From: Chiloscyllium plagiosum | Lineage: Eukaryota | Assembly (NCBI RefSeq): GCF_004010195.1 | Contig: NC_057744.1 | Location: forward strand, 23,755,401 to 23,819,400 | Length of the DNA stretch: 64,000 nt | Reading direction: 5' to 3' | Part shown: in pieces, positions 51,700-62,139 of the stretch | How positions within the stretch are numbered: the first letter of the stretch is position 1 | Layout of the letters: every line of letters starts with the position of its first letter | Program-made: the position numbers and the translations under genes | The notes under the pieces: model-generated | Seen by the model: the letters and a program-made list of their open reading frames with translations, nothing else | Database searches by the model: none | What the model was told of the DNA's origin: nothing

Positions 51700-52070
51700 T
51701 AGTAGGGGAGAAGAACAGACAGAGAATGGGGCAAAGGAGGTTTAGAAGGGGGAGAGGAAGAGAAGGAAGAGGAGAGAGAAAGAGTGAGGAGAGAGGAGGA
51801 TGGAAGAGGAGGGATGGGGAGGAGAAGAGGAAGAAAAGGGAAAGTACAGGAGACAGGAAGAGAAATGGGGTGGGAGAGAAGTCTGGGGAGCAAAGGTGTT
51901 TGGAGAATATGGAATGTGGGTGGGAGAGGGAAGCGGAAGGGGATGAAGAAGGTGGAGGGAGGAAGATAGGAGGAAATGAGGGGGAGAGGAGAGAGGGAGG
52001 GAAGGGTACAGGAAGGAAGAGGGACATGGAGGGGTGAGGGTTGGGATGGAGTGAAAGGTGCTGATGAAGG
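51700..52070 (+). repeat. Polypurine (GA-rich) low-complexity tract
   Basis: About 370 bp, overwhelmingly G/A. Confidence 0.85.
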
Positions 52071-52547
52071 GGTGATCTCCTTTGGGGGTATCTTGTGCTT
52101 ACCTGAGGCACGTCTCAAAAGCCCTTTAACCTCCCGTTCCCAGTTCACTAAGACATGTAAACCTGGTAAAAACTTACTAGACACTCTGGTCCCAGTGTTG
52201 TGTGCTCCCCACTGGAACTGCCCGCAATCCCTAAGGTGGCCACTGCCAAGCCTGACGCTGCATGTCTGCTGAGCTCACATCCCTACAAAAAGCATGTCCT
52301 CCCTAAACAGGAGCAGAAATCTAATCTGAAGTGAATCAATGTTCCTCCCAGTGTTAAATGGTGCAGGGCAGCTAGTATGTCTGTTGATGGGCTTGCCCAC
52401 AACTGTTTAGTCAGGACAGGAGGTGAGACCTGTTAGACTCATCATTTCCTGTGTTGTTAGAATCAGGTCCTGATGAAAGTTCCTGACCTGAAATATCGAC
52501 GCTGCTTGACCTGCTGTACTTTCTCCAGCTCCACACTTTATTGACTT

Positions 52548-52835
52548 TGGTGGCACAGTGGTTAGCACTGCTGCCTCACAGCGCCAGAGACCCAGGTTCA
52601 ATTCCCGCCTCAGGCGACTGTGTGGAGTTTGCACATTCTCCCAGTGTCTGCATGGGTTTCCTCCGGTTTCCTCCCACAGTCCAAAGATGTGCAGGCCAGG
52701 TGAATTGGCCATGCTAAATTGCCCATAGTGTTAGGTGAAGGGGTAAATGTAGGGGTAGGATGGGTTGCGCTTCAGCGGGTCGGTGTGGATTTATTGGGCC
52801 GAAGGGCCTGTTTCCACATTAAGTAATCTAATCTA
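52548..52835 (+). mobile_element. HE1-type SINE
   Basis: Head ggtggcacagtggttagcactgctgcc, taatctaatct tail. Confidence 0.85.
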
Positions 52836-53576
52836 ACCAGGCCAAGCAGTGACCATGACACAGGGATGGCTTTTTAATGTACCTGACCAGCTTGGTATGG
52901 GGCAGTCCTCTGAAGTAACCCATTGTCACCCCTCTTCCCCCATGCCCTCTCCAGATCCCTGTCTCTCTCTTCCTCATATCCCTTCCAAGAGCCCCATGAA
53001 ATCCAGCCCTGCACATTTTATGGCATCAATTCTCTGTAAGCTGCTTGTGTTGATATCTGATATATCAGTATAATTAATCTCTGCCAATCGCAACGCATCT
53101 TCTTCCACACTCCTTAAGAGCCCCAGCCTTCTTTGTGTCCTCTAAAACAGAAGTTAAATACAAGTTAACATAGAAATGTCAAAATACTGGCAAAATAAGG
53201 GCAACAGCTTATCTTGATACCCAGACCGCACACTGGAAACATTTGAAAACCACTCAAGCACAGATGTGTTAGAAACTTTTCCATCTATTCGAGGTTAGAA
53301 TAGAATCAGATTGCTATTGAGGTTTTTGAGGCTGCCTGAAGCCATGTCATAAAAACTGAACTGAGGCATCATACAAACAACCGAGGGAACAAATTTATTT
53401 GTCATTGTGAGCTATGAAAATTAAAACAAAAATGTTTATTTGTTTGAAACTTCACTTTGTATTTTGTACCTTTTATTCCAGTAAACCTGGAATTTAATTT
53501 AATTCATAGTGATCACCAATCATTAATGCTAAAGTGGATTGGATGAAACTCAAACTGCTTTTCTTTTCCTTCACAG

Positions 53577-53660
53577 GTAGTTTTCCTGTGCGATCTGTAA
53601 CATTCCTAGTCTTTCTGGTCTCTGTCATTTCGTTACTGATCTGGGGCAGTGAATGGAAAG
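53577..53660 (+). CDS. Gene B exon 5: transmembrane exon (SSFPVRSVTFLVFLVSVISLLIWGSEWK)
   Basis: Strong acceptor ttttcttttccttcacag|, 84 nt, phase 1-1, donor G|GTAAAT. Hydrophobic segment with an Arg near its N-terminal end. Confidence 0.85.
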
Positions 53661-54489
53661 GTAAATTTATCAATTGTTGACATCAAGCACAAATGTGAGC
53701 TGACAGTTATAAAAGATACCGACTCATTTACAAAATAAAAAACAACTGTGGATGGTGGAAATCTAAAACAAAAACTGAAACTGCTGGAGAAACTCAGCAG
53801 GTCTGGCAGCAATTGTAGAGAGAAAGCAGAATTAACCTTTCGGGTTCAGTGACCCTGAGTTCTGGAAAAGGGTCACGAGACATGAAATGTTAATTCTGCT
53901 TTCTCTTCACAGACACTGCAAGAACCTGCTGGGTTTCTCCAGCAATTTCTGTTTTTGTGTTGACCCATTCACCAGTTGATATGATGCGATTTATTTTACT
54001 AGGAGACTTCCCCTTTGTTATAGGTGCTCAGTGGCTGAGGGGCAGAATATCAGGTAGGAGATACACACTGACGGTCACTTCCTAGGCCCTTGCTGTAGGC
54101 ACCCTCTGCTTTCATGTCTCTATGACCATCATTCTGTGGGTCTTGTCCCCACTTGTTTACATGTGGCCTGGGTCACTCTGTGATCCTGGAACTCTGAGGC
54201 TTATTCTTTTTTTGGGAACAGCCAAGGCCTTCCAAATGGTGCCACGAACAAAAGAACTGTGAGCCTCAGAGCTCAGTCAGGAATATTTCTACCCTCGGGA
54301 TCTAGACTCCAGGAGAAGGCCTGCAGATGGACGACCTGCACCACTTGATTGGCAAGTGGTTCAGTGGGTCTTCTCAAAAACAGAGGCCCTTACAAGTCTC
54401 TTGGTGGCTCTCTGGCTGACAGGTAGGAACTCCAATGCCGCAAAAAGATTCCATCCACTGTTCAAATACAAGCAAAGGAGCATGAAAGA

Positions 54490-55155
54490 CAGGTAACCAC
54501 GGCAGCTAACACAATGTTGGCTATTACTTCAAGAGAGTTGGAGTACAAGTTTAGGGAAATCTTTTATAAGGGGCTGGTGAGACCACATCTCGAGTTCTGT
54601 GAGGAGTATTATACTGCTTATTTAAGGTCCACATATTTAAAGAAATATATTATTTCATTGGAGGCAATTCAGTGAAGGTTCATGAGAATGATCCCTGTTA
54701 AGAAAAAATTGCCCTTTGAACAAAGATTAAATAGATTGGCACTCTATTCACTAGAATTTAGAAAAATGAGAGGTGAGCTCATTGAAACACACAGGATTCT
54801 TAACTGGCTTAACAGGGCAAATGATGAAAGGATGTTTCCCTCAGCGGGAAAGGCTAGAACCAGAGGGAAAAGTTTTGGAATATAGGGGTGCCAATTTAAG
54901 ACTGAAATGGGAAGGGATTTCTTGTCACAGAGGGTTGAGAGTCTTTGGAACTCCTTGCCATAGAGAACTGTGGAGGCAGAGTCTGTGTTTATATTTAAAG
55001 GTGAGATAGATTCTTGAATAGCCAAAGAATCAAGGGTTCTGGAGAAAGAATTGGAATATGTATGTGAAGAACTTCAGATCAGCCGTGATCCTATTGAATG
55101 GTGGAGCAGGCCTGAGGGGCCGATTGGCCTACTTCTGTTCCTTCTTATAGTCTTT
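54490..55155 (+). mobile_element. CR1 3' fragment
   Basis: RLNRLALYSLEFRKMRGELIETHRIL and a 3' UTR. Confidence 0.8.
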
Positions 55156-55346
55156 TATAGGAGCAGTCAAATACATCATGAAACAGATAAGAAATGCAGA
55201 TGAGAAAGAATTCAATGCAATAATAATCAAATAAAGCTGAAAGAAATCATTTTCTAGCAACAAAGCATATGCAGAGACTGGCAGGATGAAAAAATGCTCT
55301 AATTGCAGAGAATTCCTAATAATGTAAAATTCTTCTCATTTCACAG

Positions 55347-55371
55347 ATCGATACTGCCCTTGCAACTCTAG
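55347..55371 (+). CDS. Gene B exon 6: 25-nt cytoplasmic micro-exon (DRYCPCNS)
   Basis: ttcttctcatttcacag| ... AG|GTAAGC, phase 1-2, open in frame. Confidence 0.65.
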
Positions 55372-55564
55372 GTAAGCCACAACCTAAGCTCTTTAGTTCT
55401 TTAGTAGAAGCTTCTCTAGCATAACTGGTGAATCAACAACTGTTCAAGATAGTTTGCAGAGGGGGCAGAGGCACTATGCACACAGGAAACAAACCCTAAT
55501 CATTGCTATGTACAGGAAATTCTAAACCTCAGACAGGCACTAATTTTGTTTTGTACTCTCACAG

Positions 55565-55655
55565 TTATCAGAGTTCAACTGAACTGAAGTTTCCAAGAGT
55601 AAACAACAGGGCTCGACCCAGGAGGATGTTGCAATTATCAGGCTGGAAGCAATAA
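55565..55655 (+). CDS. Gene B putative terminal exon (SYQSSTELKFPRVNNRARPRRMLQLSGWKQ*)
   Basis: Branch-like cactaat plus a pyrimidine tract and acag|, compatible with phase 2. The TAA overlaps AATAAA at 55651-55656. Confidence 0.45.
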
Positions 55656-58450
55656 ATACCAGCTCTCTTATCTCAAAAACCATCAACATTCCCCAGCCCC
55701 AACAGTCTCCAAGTTAACCCCAGGATCCAATTTACCCCCAAAACTTCTGACCACATCCTCACTGAGTCTGCCAGGATCACTATCCCATATGAGCCCAGAA
55801 TAAACCTAAGCTCAGAATTGACCTTTCCAGGATAAAGACCTGAGTCCCCATAAGAGTTATCAACATTGCTTCCGTAATCATCCTTGTAGAAGTGAAAGCC
55901 AGGTCTGTAAGTTTGGAGAAATCAGTTGGCAATGACACACACACTTCCAGACTACATGGGGGAGCCCTGATGTCTGGGTTTCCCATGTCTTACTGAAAGT
56001 GTGGTGAAGTTGGGGCCAATTGAAGCTTTCAAAAGTCAATTTGAGGACTACCTGAAAAAAGTAACAGTTTCCAGCTTTGGGGAAAGTTAGGGGACTGCCA
56101 TGAGGGGAATTCCTTATTCAGAGGGACAACACTAACAGTATGGGCCCAATAGTTCCCTTTTGTGCTGTAAGCACTCTATGTTGTCTATAGACCAACCATT
56201 CCAGGCTGGTCAGTTACATTAAAAACCAGCCCTGTTCCTTGATCCCTGCCTGACCTGGATGCCTCATTCTAACACAAAGGAAATGCATTGGAGGCACGCA
56301 TTACCAGTATCTCTATGCAAGTTAACTACAAATCTTCAGATAAAATGCAGGCCAGGAGATGGATTGGATAAAGGATTGATTCCTGGTTGGCTCTGGAAGA
56401 AGTCAGGTGGGCTAGGAGAGAAGCTGTTGCCAGAGACGATTTGTTTTAGGTGGGATGGGTGAATTGGAACCTGACAAGGAAGATTCGTCTGAGCTAATAA
56501 CATGGAAGACACGTGGAGAATGAGGATGATCTGATTTATTATAATAGGCTCCAGAGAAATCAAAAAAATAAAATGCAATATAGTGTCATGGTCATAGTCA
56601 TGGCAGGAGAAAAAGAGGCTAGAGGGAGGGTAATGATTTGGAGTTTCTCAGAGAGATCAGGTGTATTTTTTTTCAAGAAGCAATGTAAAAGCAAAGAGGG
56701 ATGCTTGACAAGGGGGAGCTATTTATAATGTCAGTAAGGTTGGGAACCAGAAAAGAAGGACAGTTGGCAATTTAGTAAAATCGGTGTCTAGGCCTCATAG
56801 ATAAAATGGCTCAAAGGTGAGAAATGAATGAGAAACTGGATAAAGGTGAAGGATAGGCTGCGATAGCTTAGCAGGTAAAGAGACGGAGAAGTTGTTGGAG
56901 CAGCAGAATGGATAGTCTCAATCTGAGTGACAAAGTCCATGACCTCCTTATACTTGTTGAAAGTGTTATTGAATAGGGACAGAATACATAGGGTTAGAAA
57001 ATGGCTAACAGTGGAGAACAGAAGAATGAATTATATTTCATGTCAAGAGAGAGAAATGGAATTACCCAAACATGAACACAGGACAACAGAATACAGATGT
57101 CTTACCCTGCATTTATAAAATCAAAATTCTAGCTTCTTATTGGAGATTCACAATAAAAAAAGCATGTCACAAAGTGAAAGGAAAAACATTTAGTCACTGT
57201 TTCATAGATAATTATTACTTCCTCTCAAATATCCCAATACATATAACATTCATTTCATTCCCTCAGAGCCTAGGTCATTCAGCTTCATTCAGAGGCAGTC
57301 AGAAAGGGCACTGTGGTTTGAGAAGCAGGGAGCTATACTCTACCAGATCTTTGTGAGAATTTTAGTCAGTAAATTACAAGACAATAACTTGCTTGGATTG
57401 CCTTAAAGCCCTTTTATCCAGACAAGCTTATCCCTCACAGTGGCATTACCTGGTTTGTCATGATCTGGTGAAATAACTCATCATGGCTGCAGTCAACAAT
57501 AAATGGAGTGAGATGAATCAATGATACAATAGTTTTTAAGAACCAAAAGAACTGCGAACACTGGAAATCAGAAACAAAAACAGAAATTGCTGGAAAAGCA
57601 GGTCTACTCAGAACTGGACCCAAAAGGTTAACCCTGATTTCTCTTCTACCAGACCTGCTGAGCTTTTCCAGCAATTTCTGGAAATTTAGTTTTGCTATGA
57701 TGGGGGCATTTAAGAAATTTTTAGATAAGCAAATGAATGTGCAAGGAATGGAGAGGTATGGACCAAGGGCAGGCAGAAGGGATTAGTTTCATTTGGCATC
57801 ATGATCAGCACAACATCATTGACCGAAGGGCCTGTTCCTGTGCTGTAATGTCCTGTCCTACATTCTATGATTCAGAGTTGGTTGTACTCTATGGAAGAAG
57901 CTGACTTTAGAGATTAATTTGCCATACACATTTTATGTTTTATTTTAATAGGATAATCTTTGGAAACTTTACTGCTGCAGAATGAGAGAATTAATTTTAG
58001 GTGTGTTACCATTGTTTATCTCATTAGGAATTCAAAGCAATGTGAGAACCAAGGAAAATCATGCAAAGTTGACCCTGTGGAAGATGCTGATGTCCATGAG
58101 GAAATAACATCAAAGTTATGAACATCTCGGGATTTTTATTTCCAGTCTGTCAAGTTTTTTCTCTCCAAAGTGCCATCTGGTCCAGCAATTCACTCCATGC
58201 ATAGGCAAATCTAACCATGCATAGGCAAATCAGCTGCCCCACCTTTTGACAAAGCAAATGTTCTTCTCACCATAGCATCAGCTGTAGGTACTATCCCCAG
58301 TGATAAGCATTAGCTAATTGCTGTGATAGTATCTCTACCACTGAGCCATGAGGTTGGATTCAAGTCCCATGTTTTCCAGAATGTACAATGCCAATTTTAA
58401 CAGGTTGTTTAGAGAATATCTTGTCTCACCCTGTTAATTTAGTTGATATT

Positions 58451-58780
58451 TAGATTAGATTAGATTAGATTACTTACAGTGTGGAAACAGGCCCTTCGGC
58501 CCAACAAGTCCACACTGACCCGCCGAAGCGTAACCCACCCAGACCCATTCTCCTACATTTACCCCTTCACCTAACACTACGGGCAATTTAGCATGGCCAA
58601 TTCACCTAACCCCTGCACATTTTTGGATTGTGGGAGGAAACCGGAGCACCCGGAGGAAACCCACGCAGACACGGGGAGAATGTGCAAACTCCACACAGAG
58701 AGTCGCCTGAGGCGGGAATTGAACCCGGGTCTCTGGCGCTGTGAAGCAGCAGTGCTAACCACTGTGCTACCGTGCCGCCC
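58451..58780 (-). mobile_element. HE1-type SINE (near-intact)
   Basis: Full head-to-tail copy with a (TAATC)n tail. Confidence 0.9.
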
Positions 58781-59415
58781 AATTTCTTGCCACATTTTTG
58801 ACATCAATTTATTAAATTGTGTTTGAGAGAGATAATAGATGTAAGGAACCTAAAACCGGTATGACATTCACCCTGAAAAGTTTCACCACAAATATGACGT
58901 CAGACATTACTTGCAAGTAATTGGCATTATTTCGGTCTCCAAGAACGTAAAACAACAAATAGTTTGTCTGAGAATGTTAGCAGTTGTGTTTTTAATTCAT
59001 GCCTTTTTCATTTAATTCATATTCAATAATTGTTCATGACTATATGGATTGTCTCTGTTTGTAGAAACATGCAGAACTAAGATGATACAATAACTTTTCT
59101 CCTGCCCGGGTGATAAGTCTCTGCATTTCCTTTGACCCTAAAACCTATGAATGTTTAATCTAAGGCTCAGACATTTAATTAGTCTGAGGGAATCAATCTT
59201 GGGTAATTTAATCCAACTGTGGGTAAATGAGGTAATTCGTTGTCGTTACTACTTTGATTACATAAGCCATAAAGGCAGCATGGAATCATCTCGGATGCAT
59301 GAAGCTATAATACTTTCAAAGCATATTTGTTGCAACGTGTTTGAGGGAATGGGGGGGGGGGGGGGGGTGGGCAGGGTGATTCATCATGTGATGTCAATGA
59401 ATATTAATTACATCT

Positions 59416-59693
59416 AACAAGAAACAAAAAAAAACTGCCAATGCTGAAAGTCTGAAACTAAAACAGAAATTGCTGGAGAAACTCAGTAGGTCTGGCAGCA
59501 TCAGTGCAATGAAAGTATTCCATGTTTCAGGTCCAGTGAAGCTTCTTCAGAATAGCTTTCGATTGAGATCATTGGACCTGAAATGTTGAAACTGCGTTCT
59601 CTCCACAGATGCTGCCAGACCTGCTGAGTTTCTCCAGCAATTTCTGTTTTAGTTTCAGACTTTCAGCATTGGCAGTTTTTTTTGTTTCTTGTT
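59416..59693. repeat. Long near-perfect inverted repeat (Penelope-derived palindrome)
   Basis: Arms 59416-59502 and 59608-59693 differ by one substitution and one homopolymer indel. Confidence 0.85.
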
Positions 59694-60434
59694 CCTAACT
59701 ACATCCAGTTTTGGCAAATCTAGATGTAATTAAATGTGGTAAAGCCTAATAATACAATCACACTGTGGAACTTAGTCATTGCATAGACGAGGTCTTACTT
59801 TTGAAATGAGTGAAACTGATGTACTAATGGACTTAAACCTTTTTAAAAATCTTCTGCATTGCCTTTACTTGCTCCAAGTCATGCTTTATCTCAGCCGCTG
59901 ACCCATCGGAAACCACAGAATCCCAGGAGGCCACAGTACAGTTTTTGCTCAAGTTACCCTTATTCCTAGAATTGCAAAAACTTTTCATTACCAGGCATGA
60001 AATTAATCAAATTAATTGGTGGGAAAGGATGGGTCAAGGCCACAGTTAGTGATACAGATCAAACTAAACCTGAAAAGTTGACTGTAAAACCTAACTGTGA
60101 AGATGTTAAAGAATGAAACAAACACACTCATTTCATCCATTTTTCTTCTGACAAGACAACACAAATTTAAAAGAAGCTGTCAATATGCAGGCTGAATTTA
60201 TCAACAATTTTCATCAAATTGGCTTCAAAGTATCAGCATGCAGACTTCCATGCACTTCACTGGTATTTCCTAAATACTCTAAACATAGTTACTTCAAGTG
60301 CACTGAAGTTGTGAAGGGGGATTTGGAAATATAAATACATGAAAGCAGTATGCCCTCTCATCTAACCATAGGCTTGTCATGGTCTGTCATCAGGAGATCA
60401 ATTTAACAATAAAGCAACTGTCAATATTAGATGC

Positions 60435-61594
60435 TGTGACTGTGGTAATTCATAATCAACCAACTTTATTCTTGACATTACAGTCAAAACATAGACAATC
60501 ACCAGCAGAAATACCACACAGGCTATCTACTCGTAGGGAGCTGCCTATTTTTAAGAGACATAAAATGGCCGCAACTTAAAGAAAAGCTTGTTTGAACAGC
60601 TTATTTTTAAGAGACACAAGATGGCCAAAATTTAAAAAGCCTACCTCAACAAAAAAGGTGCCTTTGAGAAGGGAATTATTCCAAAGCAAAAGAAAGCATT
60701 ATCTGATTGTCAAGATTCCAAAGAATGCAAAGACAGCGATGAAGAAGATTAAAAACAATTTGCAAGATTCATAACAAAATGAAACTATAACTCAAAAGCT
60801 TTAAAAAATGGCTATAATAAGTAATTAATTCTAGTCTCATTAAGGATGTGCTCGGCCATAAATACAGTAGCTAAAGTTATCTTGCAGAAATTAGCTGTCC
60901 CTTTGAAACTATTTACATTGTTAGTAAGTTCTAGTTAAAGATTCTTTAAAAAAATCACAGAGATTTCAATACAATTATAAAACATTAAAGAGATGCCTGG
61001 TATATCTTGTCTGGTTAGCTAAAAAATGTTAACAATACAAATAATTAAAAAGTTATAATTATTATTAATATCATGAGTTTTTAATAACAGAATCAACCTT
61101 TTATACAAAAAGAGGTAATGGAATTTGATAACCAGAACAATGGACAATAGCATTCAAGGAGTCCTTAGAGATAAGCATGACCAAAAGAGGTCAGCCAGTA
61201 ACTTTAGACTGCAACATAGAAAGATCCCAAGGCCTAGAAATTACAATAATGGTTAAATACCATATAAAAAAACTCAGAACCTGGGGCTGTCCATCAGGCG
61301 TTTTACAAGGTTGGTCCCCCAGGGGTGAAGGGGAGGATACAATAAGGACATTGTGTATGATCATTGTAACACAAAATGTATAAAAATACTGCTTGTTACT
61401 GTAAAATTAGAATGTGAAATTGATTTCTGATCTGAGCTGAAGATTAAGAAATGATTGTGTTTTCACGTCGAATCCAGATTTGGGGAAGATTCTTTGGCCG
61501 CCTTGCTGCATTAACTGGTTTTTCTGAAATAAAATTCTGCTATGTGCCTCTTTCATGAGTCTTTGACTCTGGTCAGGAGAATTCCGCTCTTAAA
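60435..61594 (+). mobile_element. Possible solo LTR (ERV-like)
   Basis: Starts with TGT, has a duplicated ~35-bp motif at ~60544 and ~60600, TATAAAA at ~61379 and AATAAA at ~61528. No TSD was confirmed. Confidence 0.35.
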
Positions 61595-62139
61595 GTGAGC
61601 ATGATGTGAAAAGGTATCTTTGAATTTATATAAAGTAATATTTGGTCAATAACAACATATAACATACACAATTGTTTGATTGTTGATGGTTAAACAAAGT
61701 AAATCCAAAACTAAGAGTTAGCCAGAGTTAGAATGAGTAATAGCCCTGTGAGTGTGATAGAGCAGAGAGAAAATGGTGGCACTCACCTTTGTCTAGTGCA
61801 GAAGACCTTTGACCTCTTTTCTGAAGACCTATTCTAACCTGAGAAACAAGCACTGACCAGGGCTGCTACCTGGATCAGTGCTGGCTTGATCTGATGGTGT
61901 GGCCTTCTGTGACAGTCTGTAGCAAAAAGCATTGTCCCTTTTCTCGATCACAAAACACCTCCAGGTCCCTGTCTGCAAGTGGGTGTAGGCATTCCTTTCT
62001 GTGGCATCATGGTTTGAGGAGCATTTACTGGCTTGCTGTATCTAAAGTGATATTCAGCTGCCATACATTTGGTCCTGTCACAGAAAGTATTGACATCAAT
62101 TATATACAGTTGAGGTCGAAGCACTGACTCTTCATTCAC

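Noticed and set aside
51623-52184. Pro/Leu/Ser-rich and Gly/Arg/Glu-rich ORFs
   Set aside because: Translations of the polypurine tract.
58195-58231. Short tandem duplication (ccatgcataggcaaatc x2)
   Set aside because: Ordinary local duplication with no evidence of function.
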